The notes: generated by a model not told the origin, from the letters alone. Shown: positions 12,761-25,604, numbered from the whole stretch's first letter. The stretch: DNA of 57,606 nt, filler included, from Sphacelaria rigidula (GCA_964200075.2; 6 parts of 6 records of this genome joined end to end with filler, not necessarily neighbours in it), one strand, 5' to 3'. Program-made: numbers and translations.

Positions 12761-14979
12761 GCATCATCCATAGTTGCAATACGACTGACGAGATCGGTCC
12801 TAAATTCGGGTAAGATATCTGACCCATCTTGATTTGCGTTTTGAACGTTGGTGCTGAAAGACACACGTTGATGATCCTCCGGGACAAGACTTTGGCCGGA
12901 AGGGTGGTGCGTGCATGGAGTGTTAGTGTTTGTGTCTGACATACTTTTCTCCGCAGTCGAGGGTTTGATTTCATATACTGCAACGGAGGGACGATGCCGG
13001 AGAAGGGCAATCGTCGTGGTTGGACCCGACACCTGGTTTGTGCTAGAAGCTTATTGGCCAACAGACGGAACGGATCGTCATTGTGCGAAGCGAGATCAAT
13101 TACATTATCCAGCTTGGGCAGAACGGGGGACGATTCATCGGGGCGCGGTGTTGAGTTTGATACGTCAATCAACTCAACACCGCCCATGGTGAGGGCCAAC
13201 TTGGGCGGTTTTGGAGACGATTCGTCAGGACGCGGAGTTGATGGAACTGTGCTGTTCAACCCGGCGTGGATAATAGGGACCAACATGGGTGCGTTAGGGG
13301 ACAAGTTGTCTTGCGTAACACTTTGTCTGCCTGGTGATGAACACACGATTGAGGTGTTTTCGTGAAAAGGATGTGAACGTCCATGATTCAGCGAACTTTC
13401 TGTCCCTAGAGATGGCGACGCTTCATCGGAAATGGGATCTATCGTAGTGCACGAGGGGTGAACAGGGAGCAGTAACGTTCTGTTCGGAATCTGGGGAGTA
13501 CCAGCCTGTTCCACTACAAGATTTTCATTTGGTTGAGCCGACACGCAATCTTTCGTGGAGTTTACGTGTGCTTGCTACTTCAGGGTTATCTACATGGTCA
13601 TCTAGAAGATCCCGCCTAGGGTGACGCGTATAGCGCATGAAAGGGTTGGCTGCTCCAGGGATTCTTGAAATGAGTTCTCGGACAGTCGATCCTAGGTCAC
13701 GCTCTTGGCGCCCCACCTGGGTCGCTGTCACTTGGGGTTCCATTCCAACCCGCTGAGCGATGGGTAGCAAGGGTTCTTTGCGGTTGTGACCCTTCAAGGA
13801 ATAATTGCGCTTATCAAATAAAAGGGAACCGGGTACCGTAGTATTTATGGAACTATGTAGGGTGGTTAGTCGGGCACTCGAGCAGCTGGGGGGTGCTTGG
13901 GTGTTTGGCTATGAATTTTGTTTACTACGATGAACGGTCGAAGGGGCAGTGTCTACCATACCAGAAGGTACTTCGGCTCCGGATGCATTAAAAACTGCAC
14001 TACGTGACTTCTCATCCTGCGAAGAGAAAGAATTCGATTGAATATGATCAGTACCTGGTGAATGTATAACTGGGTAATCAATTCCAGGGTTAAAACGCTG
14101 GGGTTGATCACGGGTCAATTTATAGTCATGCAAGGGTGCACGGGCTTCGGCTGCCCTGGAACCCATCAGGCCAGTTTCAGCAAACCGTGGAATACACACC
14201 GCATGGTTGAACCCGCGGTGGCCGCCGCTGATTTACGCGTGTGATGTGTGTGACACGGTCGAACGAAATAAAATTGTCGGGTACTTCCGCGGTCAGTTGT
14301 CGGCGATTGTTTATCCCTGATTGTGATATTGTGCCCACGTTCGAGGAATGAACGGTCATCAGAAATAAAAAATGGACGAACAGGTGGCGGCGCTCAATTG
14401 CTGGGTGCAGTCACTCGTCCTGTGTTACCCCAGTGGCTGCTGCTCGAAAATGCCGGAGCTTGAAAAATGTTTCCAGAAGGTGGTCAAGTTGTACGGTGAA
14501 CATCTGGGTTGGGTGGGTGAGAGTCTTTCTGGCGAAGTTGACCCGTTGGGCTAGGTGCAATCATCAGTGAACATCGTCCATCTTGTGATTGAACCTGGCT
14601 GTGCGGTTGAAAGGTAGCGGGGTCAGACTGTGTTAGACGTGGCGCAACGTCAGCGAACCGAGTCTGGTAATACGGCTGTTGGTACTGTGAGTTGTGGTAG
14701 CGGTTATCGTTACTTTGAAAATGGCTTCTCCGTTTTGGGCGATGTTACTGACCACGCGCGTCGCCGGATTGAGGGCGACGGTAAGAACGCATACTCGCCT
14801 GCCAAGTTGGCCAGCATGATGCATATTGAGAATCGTGAAACATGTTGTTCAAGACGCCGAATGCGTTGACGAACGGTGATTCACATGTACGCGTTGAATG
14901 AAGAGGTACGCGGCCGTCGACGGAATACCCTGTCTGCCCATCGATCCATATCTCACAAGTCAGACATTTATTGCCGCCG

Positions 14980-15288
14980 CGCATCGATGGTGTAATGTTC
15001 CGACTGTCGCCAATAGGGTGGAGAGAACGAGGGCTCGATTCCCGACGCGTTAGATTTTTTCTTCGCTGTACCTGACTTCCACTGTGGAAAGGGTGAGAAC
15101 GTGAGTAAACAAAGTGGTTGACTGGGTTTGTTTGATGTGAGTTGACGCGGTGCGGGAGTGCTGACCCAATCCGCGAGACCAAAATGCAAGGCGTGTACCG
15201 GAGAGAGATGGGCTGACCCCTTGAGAACAGGGACTCATCCTGAGGAAGAGGAGGGGTTCAAAGTGCGACATATAAAAAGTAATAAACC
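14980..15288 (+). mobile_element. tRNA-derived SINE inserted in the gypsy gag region
   Basis: A-box-like TGGTGTAATG (~14988), B-box-like GGCTCGATTCCC (~15032) and an A-rich tail. A second copy lies on the minus strand at ~20110-20365. Confidence 0.7.
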
Positions 15289-15788
15289 AATAGCAATCAT
15301 AAATCCTTCCACTCGCGGATGAGCTCATTTCGTATGTGGGGTTCGACGTCGCGGGCCCAAAGGGGGGTTACTGTTGTTCATCGACGTACTTAGGTTGTAG
15401 ACCTCCGACCAAATTCCGTCGGCGAAGGGCCAGCTTGGGAATCGACTGGCAAACGCGTCGGGCGCCTGAACCTGTGCAAATATCACGACCTCCCCGGCGG
15501 GCGTCATTGAATTGGGTACCCATCAGGGAGTTTACCCGATTCCCTGCCCGTCTGCGCTCGTGATGCAGCGGTAGCTGCAATGGCAAAGGGTTCCTGACTA
15601 CTGGTCAGCGGGCCGTGCTGGCCAAGTCCTGCGGATGTAGCATTTTGTCTCACTCCAGTTTACTCAATGGCCCTTATACGATTTGTACGCAACCCATCTA
15701 GTCTACTCCACATCTTCTCGAGGTTCGAAAACGGAATGGCTGCAGTAGCTGCATCGCCCACAAAAGCACTCCGCATAAAACTGGGGTA

Positions 15789-16139
15789 CTATCGACCCAT
15801 ACTGAAGCGAAAGAGTGACATAACAATATCCTGAGTCGGCGTTAGTTCATGGCTGCCATCTACTGTGACTGAAATCAATGTACGAAAATCTTTCACGTAT
15901 TGATCGAACGGGGTGTTTATCGGGATCATGAATGTGCGCAATCGTTCAATTGAGTCCCCCTCGTAGCTCGTGTCAAGTGACGAGCTGAGTAGCCCAAGCA
16001 AAAGCGTGAACGCTTCGTTCCCGCTTGAGCCCTTGTTCAGTGCCCGTGACACTTGATCGAAATGAGCATCGCACATTGAGGTGAATTTTGAAGACTGTAG
16101 GGAGTTGAGGTCCATGACTCGTTCTACTGCCCGATGCAA
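15789..16139 (-). pseudogene. gag: Retrotransposon Gag-like (capsid) fragment
   Basis: Helical segment with an MHR-like IERLRTF..NTPFDQYVKDFRTL, lying upstream of the protease. Confidence 0.6.
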
Positions 16140-17497
16140 CGGGCGAGTTCACCCGTGGACCCATTCACTGCTCTCGAGACTCACGAAGTGTGTGACACAC
16201 ACGGCGACGATATCGCTCAAGATATTTTCGAGCGATGACCTCAGCTAGCTACAATTTAGGCTTACGTTGGAGCCTGTAATGAACGGTAACCGGGTTTTGA
16301 CCTTACCTATACTTTTGATGTTGAGCTCGAGGTAGGCGCGACGGATGCTCGGAGCGTCAATGCGTGGTGTGTTGTGGGTTGTAAAAGATTGCGTTTCTCC
16401 TGCTGTTGGTTCAAACGGAGCATGTTGTTTCTCAGTTTTTGTTGATTTCCCTTCCTTTTTGACTTCCACAAGAACCTGTTTCTTCTCGGTTTTGGTTGAA
16501 TGATCTCCCTCCTATTTCAGGAGGCAGTGTCTTTGCTTTGCAACAGTGAAAGACAGAGGTACGACATCTGACAACAACTGTGTTGAAGGGTGGTTTGATC
16601 GGGCGCGGTAATTGTTGGTGAACTAATCATAGCTGTCGGTATCGCTATCGTCGGTACTCGACGCATGATACTTGGTGTGAGCTGTCTGTTATCGTGACCG
16701 CGTTTGTTTCTTTGGGATGCCACTATCCCTGATTGTACTTTGCCCTTTTCCCGCAGTTTTCCACTCTGCCTCTCCTTGTAGAGGGGTTTTCCTACCTCGT
16801 GGCGCATTACCCCCAATACCCCGGTCGTAGTCATCATGCGAGCTGTTCAAGTGGTGCGTGGGTAGATGTGAATCTCCCTTTTCCCTTCTGGGCATTTACT
16901 TGTTCCTGCTTCCCCTTTCCTCCGTTTACCCGCAGGCTACGTCTTAGATTTGCTGTTTCGTTGGCTATGCATGATCATCATCCTACCCTTGTAATCCATG
17001 CCGACACATCTTTTATCTCCATCCTGTCCTACTCCTCGGTCGCTCTCTGCTTGAGCGCGACTCGGAAATATTCTTCCTTCGTTTCCTATTCTTTCTATCG
17101 CCAAACCGTGAAGCCCTACTTCATCATTTTTCCTCTCGAACTTCTCATCATATCGCTACTACTAATACTTTACCCGTCCACTTTCAATTCCTCCATCCAC
17201 CCTTCCTTCCCGTCTTTCTCTGTCTCTCTCGATCTCTTCCGAGAGTATCCAGCTTGTTTGGTAAAGTTTCGAACTCGGATGTACTCGAGGCATACTGAGA
17301 TATCCCAATCCTAGTACGTGTTGGGAGTCTGGTGTCTTTCAGGTCCGTTGCTGGCTCACCGACACTAAATAGTGACTCCAACACGGGCTCGTAGCTTAAA
17401 GCTAAGTTTAACACCCTGGTCACAAGTATCCCTTGTTTGTGCCGGATGATCTGCATGGGGAACCATCCGGGCGCCCCACGATCGTATCTGCCATCTT

Positions 17498-17821
17498 GTT
17501 GCCCCACTGCTGTACTGATTAATTTCCTACAGGAAGATAAGTTTACCGTGTGAGGTCAGGACGGCTTGCATAGCATGAGGTTTGACTCACATCAGGATGT
17601 CCCGTACAACCCCACTTCCTTCCACTCCGTGAACGGTTCACCATGGGTCGATGCTCCATTAATGCTCCCTTGTAGACCCTCGCTGCCCACAGCTAGGCCA
17701 ACGGTTCCTCCACACTTTGCACTAGCTTCTATCCTTCAAGGTCTCAAGATGCCTACATTCCGCTTGATGCTCCTTCTCCTTGGTCATGTTGATCATGTGG
17801 TGTTTTGACTCATAGGGAACA
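17498..17821 (-). mobile_element. Candidate 5' LTR (17508-17821) and PBS of the contig-2 gypsy element
   Basis: Minus strand reads TGTTCCC...ACAGCA, then one nucleotide, then TGGGGCAAC (PBS-like TGG). No second LTR is present to confirm the boundaries. Confidence 0.45.
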
Positions 17822-18306
17822 GCGTGAAATGCAAGTGCGTAAGATCCAGTATGATGTGTCGAGTTCGTCGGTAGAAAATGCGGCGGCTTATTAGCCGATG
17901 CGAAACGGAACAGTGATTTTCTCGCTTCCCTTCTCAATTTGACAAGGAGCAAACATAGATTTGTCTTAAGGTGTGCTGTGCGTTCTCGATTCGATGAAAT
18001 GAGAGACATTCAACACTGGATCCTGGAAAATGGGGGTCGATCTCAAAATTGAGGTTCAAGTGGCATGTAATTTCTGCAGGTTCGACGCGAAATAGTAAGA
18101 CAAAGCGAAACCATATTTCCCCCCAAAAAATTGCAGCAGTGAATCAGTTGTGGCTAAATGCACCGAACGAATGCGGTATACAATACACGAGCGCACGGTA
18201 GCGACAGCCTGTAGCCAAAATGTAGCAAGATTATCTTCCGCCTCGCCAAGTTTGCCCGGACTACTGGTGGTGGGTAGCCGAGGCACACGACACGGAACAT
18301 GATCCC

Positions 18307-18552
18307 GACACTTTCTACGATAGCCCCCTCCCCAAACCAGCTAAAAGTGTCACGAAAAAAATGGCCATATAGCGCCTGATGTCCGGGTTCAGGCTGCATG
18401 AAGCGCCTCATACTGGCGACATTGGCTAGAACAAACCCAAGCGTGGGAATCCCCAGCTTCTCGTTGTGCTTGGCTTTCCCATTTCGATTTACGTGAAAAT
18501 TTTGCCTGCCAAAACCATGTACTTTTGGGGGGGGGCTATCGTAGAAAGTGTC
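18307..18552 (+). mobile_element. MITE family B (complete, 246 bp)
   Basis: TIRs GACACTTTCTACGATAGCCCCC / GGGGGCTATCGTAGAAAGTGTC. Three copies occur in the window. Confidence 0.92.
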
Positions 18553-19137
18553 GGAAGAAAATACAAACCGCTGCTCGCTCCTGTAATGCAGCACAAAACG
18601 GTCTCCTACTCTCTCCTTCGTACAATATTATAAGAATACTTTCCTCTGCTTCGTTGGTTCAATGCCATAGGCTCGCTCGTCGGGGCCACTTGCTGGAGCT
18701 CTTCACTTGAAGACTCCACGCAGCCTTCGTCGTCTCATCACTCTCCTGAAGCGTTTACCGCCGTCGATCAATTGTCCTTTTGCTCATCTAATTAAAATCG
18801 TCTCAGAATGCGAAACGTATGGGGACCAAGTTCAGAGCATCACTGCGCGACAGAGGGACATGGCGTGCTTGGGCGGGATGGCATACTTGATGCCTTGGCT
18901 GGGTGGTGCAGATGCCGAAGGGCGTGGAACCCGTCCACTCGTGGAAGCGTGAGGCTTTCCAGGATTCCGCTTCCTGGTAGCCCCTCCGACATTGCTCCAT
19001 CCTGAGCCTTTCCTCGCTATTTCCAACCTGTTTTTTTCTGGATTGAGACTCGCGACGGTCTTTCCGGGTGAGGAGGTGGGGTCTGTGACGCTAGCAGGTC
19101 TGCTAGTACTGCAGCGTCTAAATGCTGTTGAGGGACT

Positions 19138-19237
19138 NNNNNNNNNNNNNNNNNNNNNNNNNNNNNNNNNNNNNNNNNNNNTTAATTAATTAANNNNNNN
19201 NNNNNNNNNNNNNNNNNNNNNNNNNNNNNNNNNNNNN
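19138..19237. other. Artificial contig linker
   Basis: Same N44-TTAATTAATTAA-N44 structure. Confidence 0.99.
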
Positions 19238-19294
19238 TGTTCCTCGATGGGCTGCTCGATTCTTATGCCTGCTACCGTTGGGTTGCGTAGTAAG

Positions 19295-19825
19295 GGGGAA
19301 GGGGGGGGGGGATTCATTCGTTGCTTGTCTTAGTCATTTGACAGTTGACCTCGTATCTCTACAAAGCCGGGGCGGAGCACGCCGGGTGTTTGCCGGGCCA
19401 GTCTAAGGCGCGCGCGCACAGCGGGGGGGAAGGGTGCTCGTGATCATGCATGCCAATACCACTAGACCATTGACCTCGCATCCCTACTACGCCGGCACGG
19501 AGCACGGTGGGTTTTCGCCGGACCAGGCTCACCCTCAATAACCAAGCGCGAAGCGTTGTGGTGTGTTCGGCGACTCGGATGAAGGGTGAGTTGTATCCTG
19601 CTAAGATTGTTCGGCGCAAAGCCTGCTGTTTATCTCGCATTTGGATGACAGCCTACAACGAGTTGCTTCGTTTCTGGTTTCGTCACTTCCGGAGATCGCC
19701 ACGGCTTATACACCGCCTCATGGGTGTCTTCATGTGTTGTTTGTCTTGTTCGTTTAATCATTGACCACGCATTCCCTTCCAGGCGGTGCACCATTCCATT
19801 TCCTGATAGAGACACCTCCAACATT
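19295..19825 (+). repeat. Dispersed modular repeat family A (long composite copy)
   Basis: Three internal modules share the core (GACC)ATTGACC(T/A)CGCATCCC. The middle part matches 57230-57530 and 28856-28917. Confidence 0.85.
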
Positions 19826-20109
19826 CCGCCGCTCATTACGGTCCTCCCATTCATGACACGAAAAACATTTATACACCTCAACCCCTTCCTGTTTCGCCGT
19901 CTGTGGCCACCATCTATTTCCTAGTATACCTGTCGTTTTCACACGTCGGACCAAATACTTACTTCTTGTTACCAGTGTATCGATCCGGATAATGGGTTGG
20001 CTCATTTGGCCTCTTTTTAGATGTTTACTCCGTACAGCACAACAGCACTACAGCACTGGACGCCGAGCACGCGGAGTACCGAAAAGGTAGCGCTTTGGCT
20101 TCGCGGACC

Positions 20110-20366
20110 CTTTTTTTTTCTCCTCACACTTTGAAACCCTCCCCTTCCTCGGAATGAGTCCGTGTTCTCAAGGGATCAACCCATCTCTCCCCCGGTACGT
20201 GCCTTTCATTTTGATCTCGCGGATTGGCTCAGCACTCCCGCACCGCGTCAACTCACGTTACACAAACCCAGTCCACTACTTTTGTTTACTCACGTTCTCG
20301 CGCTTTCCACGGTGGAAATCATACATTACGAAGAAAAAACCCGACGCATCGGGAATCGAACACAGC
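20110..20366 (-). mobile_element. tRNA-derived SINE, second copy (5'-truncated)
   Basis: Reverse complement of 15030-15270, with B-box GTTCGATTCCC at ~20350-20360 and a T-run (poly-A tail) at ~20111. Confidence 0.75.
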
Positions 20367-20938
20367 GTTGAATACAGGGGTTGCAACCCTGGGGTAAAAT
20401 CCAAGTTCGTGGCTCAACAGCTAGACCGACTTCGGACATTAGCTCTGTTTGGGAAAGCCAATAACCACTCAGCTACTCAGGCCGCGCTGACTGAGTAGCT
20501 CAGTGGTTTTTGGCTTTCCCGACACTATTCCGTCTACCCCGGTTGCTTTTCTATCCTTCACTTCAGCTACACACTCCTTGACTTCCCTTCTTGTGGACTC
20601 TCTCTCTCTCTCTCCCTCTGCAACTCTTTTGATGCCTTTACATTTGCCCTTGCCGACGCGTTCGTTTCTTTCTCGAACTCCGCGTCGAAACTCTCCTAAT
20701 CTTGTGTCGGTTCTCCTCGTGTTCGGTTGTGCTCTACGAGTACTTCTCTCTTACCCTCGAAAGGGCGAAATAGATAGCAGTTCGCACCAGAACCTCGTTT
20801 ATCCTTACACACATTTTCTTCGTCCCGCGGTCAAAATCTTGTATTATTTTTGTTGTCTATATATTCTCATACGAGCTGGGCCGCCCAGGAAGCCACCGGG
20901 GATGTTGAAACGCATTTCCTGCGCTCAAATTTGGATCT

Positions 20939-21527
20939 TTTTCGATTAAATTTTGATACGATGTACAAGACGTATGTGTGGACACCCCATCTTCCATCCC
21001 CTGTGTGTTTTTTCTATCTTTTCGTGACTTACTGGCAATTTTGTTCCGGGGAAAAATGTTCTGAAATGTTTCTTCGCCAATAGCTCACGGAGAAAAAAAA
21101 AAAAAGAACAGGGGATGGAAGATGGGGTGTCCGCACATACGTCTTGTGTGTGCATCGTGTCAAACTTTCATCGAAAACATTTCAAAACTGAGGGCAAGAA
21201 ATGCGTCATTCCGTCGACAAGCGGTCACTATAGTATATGGAGGTGGACCAGTTACGAATAATTCAAACGCATTTATGCTGTTCGATTTCAAGCTGTTTTC
21301 GATTATATTGTGACACGATGCACAGGACGTATGTGCGAATAGCGAACTTTTCCTCTCATGTTTTTTTTTTCTGCGTGAGTTATTGGCGATTTTGTTCCGA
21401 AAAAATATTCCGAATTTTTTCGTCGCCAATAACTCACGAAGAAAAACAAAACAACAAATCACACGGGAGGAACGACGGGGTGTTTGCACATACTTCCTGT
21501 ACATCGTGTCAAAATGTTATCGAAAAC
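20939..21527. mobile_element. Two adjacent copies of a ~235-bp TIR MITE (20939-21177, 21297-21526)
   Basis: Each begins TTTTCGAT..TGA(T/C)ACGATG.ACA.GACGTATGTG and ends CACATAC..C.TGT..CATCGTGTCAAA...ATCGAAAA. Confidence 0.8.
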
Positions 21528-21803
21528 GACCGAGTATTGAGCTCGGGTGTGCGGCACCATGCGGCACAAAACTGCTGACTGTGACCGAAAATCCACTCTC
21601 AGCCGTTTTGTTTTGGCGAATTCCGCCGCACATGGTACCCTCAACTCTCTAGACTTTCGCACTTGATCACACTTTGATGTTTCGTTAGACGAGATCTTGT
21701 CGGATTGCAGTGCTACATGGATTTGAAGACACACGCTGATTTGCCGATTACCACGATGTGTCATAGTGGGCACAACTCGCGATACATCGTCAGTTAGAAC
21801 GGG

Positions 21804-21875
21804 CTAAAGGATGGTGAGCTTCTTGGGCGGCCCAGCCTGTATCCCCTTCTTGTATTTCTCTACAATCTTGTTTGC
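21804..21875 (-). CDS. Terminal exon of an unidentified host gene (ANKIVEKYKKGIQAGPPKKLTIL*)
   Basis: Pyrimidine tract and AG acceptor, phase 0, 72 bp ending in TAG. It joins in frame to exon 22555-22626. Confidence 0.55.
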   Translation of the reverse strand, partial: ANKIVEKYKKGIQAGPPKKLTIL

Positions 21876-22554
21876 CTTGGAAGGGCCAAAAGGGGAGGGG
21901 GGGGCGTACTCATTTGTTGCTTGCCTCAGTCGTTCGACCATTGACCACTCATCCCTTTCGAGACGGAGCAGGGAGGGGGGGGGGGGGGGGGGGGGGGGAA
22001 AGGGGGGAGGAAGGCAGAGCATATACGCCCAACGCATCCGCAGCGGGTCAGTGAACGCGAAAGAATCGATCTCATCAAACCAATCCAACCAAACGGATAA
22101 ATCAAATGGATCACATCAATCAGATGAATCACATCAACATGAACCTGATCAATCAAATATGAAATTAAAATAAAGGAAACTGTGTGCGGCACCCAAAACG
22201 GTGTTGTCGGGACGCGAACATCAGCGGACCTGCACTGGAAGGGCACATTCATTTCCTGGGGGCTTTGACTGATCGGTGCATCCTTCCATTGATGATGGGG
22301 GTTCATCACATGACCACTTCCTTCCTGGTTTTGTTTTTTTGCCTCACCGACATGTCTGCTTTTATTCATTTGCATCTTCAAATTACCAGAAAAAAAGGAA
22401 GGGGGAAGGAACTGAGGGACAATGTGTTCGTTGTTGTGCCGAACACATTAAAAACAACACAATGAAAGTTGATCGCCGATCGAGACAAACGCGCAGACAC
22501 AGACACACAGACACACAGACACATACACACACACGCACTCGCACTCGCACACAC

Positions 22555-22626
22555 CTGCATGATCGGCCAGAGGGTCTCGCACTCCCACAGCGCCTCGAGC
22601 ACGGATGCAACCTCGTTCGGCAAAGG
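22555..22626 (-). CDS. Internal exon of the same gene (PLPNEVASVLEALWECETLWPIMQ)
   Basis: tgtag| ... cag|gtgtgt, 72 bp, phase 0, GC3-rich codons, flanked by CA-type intronic microsatellites. Confidence 0.7.
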
Positions 22627-23506
22627 CTACATGAGCGTGCGGCATTTTTTTTCACACAGACATGGGACACACGCAAAAAAAAATGCATACATCACTCGTT
22701 GTATTTGTGAGAAAAAAAAAAAAAAAAAGGACACCCAAACGGGGTGGGCGCGGACAAAGAAAGAACGGAAAACGAAAAGGGCGCACACCAACACAAGCGA
22801 AAGGGCCCAGGGTCGTCGAGGCAAAGGAGGTAGGCATGGATACGATGTGAAAAATCACGAAGCAGCGGTCATACTGAAACACCCCTTGCAACGTAGGCGT
22901 TCTGGTGTTTTCCCTGTCATCACCCAGTGGTCGAGTTTTCGTTCGTATATAGGGAATCTGCCGTCTTTCGACCTTGGGTCTGAACAAAAGGGCTGATGCG
23001 ATGATCCTCGCAGGAGATCCGAAACGCGTGCATACGAAGGTCACGGCGCCTCGATAGTCAGAATGGTTCGTTATCGGCCGGCTTGGGCGGGATAGCAGTG
23101 GTGGGTTCGAATTTCAACAGTTTTTGAGTAGTTCACTGGTTTCCGTAGTGGGACAGCGTGAGAAAAAGGGTCATGAGCCCATACTCGGTAGTGAAGAGGG
23201 CGTGGGAAGAGAGGGGTGTGTATACTGGTTGTTTTGCATACCATCAGTCAAAGGACCGATGACTTCGCATCCCCACAAAGTCAGGACGGAGCACGCCGGG
23301 TTCTCGCCGAACCAGCCAAGAGAGGGACGGGGGGAGGGGGGGGGGGAGTATCACACAGGGAGTACACATTTTACAATGTGTAACATCATGCCGTACACGG
23401 TGAAGTAACGGCGAAAAAGGTGAGTGTCCGAACTTAATTAAACGAATCACATGTATTATTGGTAGTATACTGAGGTGTCGAACAAGATTGACGACCCCTG
23501 GTTAGT

Positions 23507-23596
23507 TAACAACAACAACAACAACAACAACAACAACGACGACGAACGACGACGACGACGACGACGACGACGACAACGACAACAACGACAACGACA
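23507..23596 (+). repeat. (AAC)n/(GAC)n microsatellite
   Basis: Read directly. Confidence 0.95.
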
Positions 23597-23906
23597 TATA
23601 TTTTGTTGAGTCCCACGAGCACCACGATGACATTAAAGACACTGAGTGCTGCAACTACCGACTACAAGATGATATCTCATCATTGTTTCGTTTGTTTGTC
23701 CAGTCTAATCGGTTTGCCTGTTTTACTCTTCTGTATTTCTAAAACATTTCGTCATCGATTGTTTCCGTTCGCTCATATTGGGGACGTATATCGTGCGGCC
23801 ACGGCTAGAACCTGCGGGATCTGTTAAAATGCGGCAATCAACAAATTAGAAAACCACCTTAAAATCTATCGACCAACCTATCAATCAATCGACTAATCAA
23901 TCCTCA

Positions 23907-24098
23907 GGGCCTGTCTTGTCACATTAGTTTTTGATCGAAATTGTGCGGCGGAAAGCAAAAATCCCGACCTGATAGGTCACGATTTCAACCATCTTCGAAA
24001 AAATTAACGACGATGGTTGAAATCATGACCTATCAGATCGGGATTTTTTATTTCCATCGCACAATTTCGATCGAAAACTAATGTGCTGAGACAGGCCC
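23907..24098. mobile_element. Palindromic MITE with PIF/Harbinger(Tourist)-like ends
   Basis: Near-complete hairpin with termini GGGCCTGTCT...AGACAGGCCC. Confidence 0.8.
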
Positions 24099-25403
24099 TT
24101 GGTCAACCTATCGATCAGTCCGCCAATCAGAAACAATTTATCAATATAGACATTAAACACAAATCGGTATTACAGAACGTACTACAATACACACACGAAG
24201 GAAAAGACACCACAGACCGACGGCATGGCAACGTCTCGAACATGCACATAAGCACATTACGACCAACGACAACAGAAAACGGATGAAATGCCCGACAAAA
24301 AACCACGACTATTTCAAAAAGAATGAGTCGTTAGCTTTGCAACAAACACGCACACTCCCGCTCGAGTCAGCCAGTCAGTCAAGGTTCTTTCCCTGGTATA
24401 CATGATTGCTCAATTGGTTGATTGTCGCATTTTAACTGATACATACTTCATGTATTTTTGAATTCGATTGGAAAACGACATGCTCAGCTCTTCAAATATA
24501 TTTCCCTACGGCGGAAAGAAAGCATCAGCGCATACGGTAGATAGGAGGGAGCCAATAGCGTTGGGGTGGCGAATACAGGTTTGGGTTCCATTGTGCAGAA
24601 CAGGAAGAAAAAACTGTCCCCCCAAGGCTTCCTTTCGACCAGTTGATTCCAAATGTTCGAACCAACCACACCGTGCGTGGACAACAGATTCTATTGTGGA
24701 AAATGTACTACGTACAGTATGGAATGTATTGTCTGTTGCAGTAGGCGCAATATCGATGCTGTACGCGGCACACTTTTTGGCTGTGTATCTTTTTGCCCAG
24801 GGGATGAAATCAACCAACCAGAATGCCACTGTTGCAGCTCCCCCAGTCGTCGGACTTTCAAATTGTTCACGAGACCCGCCATGCGTACAGTAAGAATAAA
24901 GAGCAAATTATGGTTCAACGGAAAAAAAATCGGGCTGTTTTTGAGGGAAGTACTCTTGAAAAAATGTTCTTGTCACGACGTGCGTGATGTGATCTACAGT
25001 CAAGCACTCCAAAATCAGCTCGTGCGGCGCAACGTAGTATGCCCGGGAACTTGGCATTATTTCGGGCCACATCCTAAGTTAGTATGACAGGTCATGCGAG
25101 GCAAAAAGGTGTTGGTATGTACGTTGGAACATGGGGGGGACCTCGTACCATTTCGGACCACATCCCACGTTAGCATGACACACGTCATGCGGGGAAAACA
25201 GGTGTTGGTGTGTACGATGGAACATAATAGTACCTGGTTTCAACAGCAGTGACACACGGAACTGGCTAGATCCTTTTGCGACCCACCACCCCTGTCGACC
25301 ATACGCTACTACCACAAGAACCACCACGCCCCCCCACCGCATACAGCACCAGACGCAAGCCCGAAACAGAAACGCCCGCAGTAGAGAAGGACGACACACT
25401 TAC

Positions 25404-25604
25404 ACTGGAGACGGTAGAGCTCGACGCATTTTCGACGCCTACCGCGGCAGAGCCGGCGCCGCCTGTACTGCCTCGCGGGCCATTTGACTGGAAGTAGCGT
25501 CGCGCGACAGTGTTAGCATGGGCTAGAGCCTCTTTTTGTTTCCCCAAGAAGGCGTTCATGCGCCCGCGGATGTCATCCTTCATCGTCTTCGGGTCCCAAA
25601 CATC
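25404..25604 (-). CDS. Internal exon of the same gene (DVWDPKTMKDDIRGRMNAFLGKQKEALAHANTVARRYF...STVSS)
   Basis: aaacag| ... |gtaagt, 201 bp, open frame, phase 0. Confidence 0.75.

Larger units (their letters stand above)
9620..17821 (-). mobile_element. Large decayed Ty3/gypsy LTR retrotransposon (5' LTR-gag-PR-RT-RH; integrase and 3' LTR lost at contig end)
   Basis: Gag-like ORF 15789-16139. Protease ALPDSGS (~12690). RT motifs RPYRTNP, PWASP, FDMQSVYHQ, PQG and MYLDD (11175). RNase H TDH..RVQRW..NANADFLSRLP (10062-10352). The order is PR-RT-RH. Confidence 0.92.

Noticed and set aside
14980..15050. Functional tRNA gene
   Set aside because: A/B boxes are present but there is no convincing cloverleaf, and it is attached to a repeated SINE body.
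24440..25100. Protein-coding gene from the overlapping 100-140 aa ORFs
   Set aside because: No recognisable motifs or consistent splice frame. It lies in an intron of the minus-strand gene and is probably a decayed transposon fragment.
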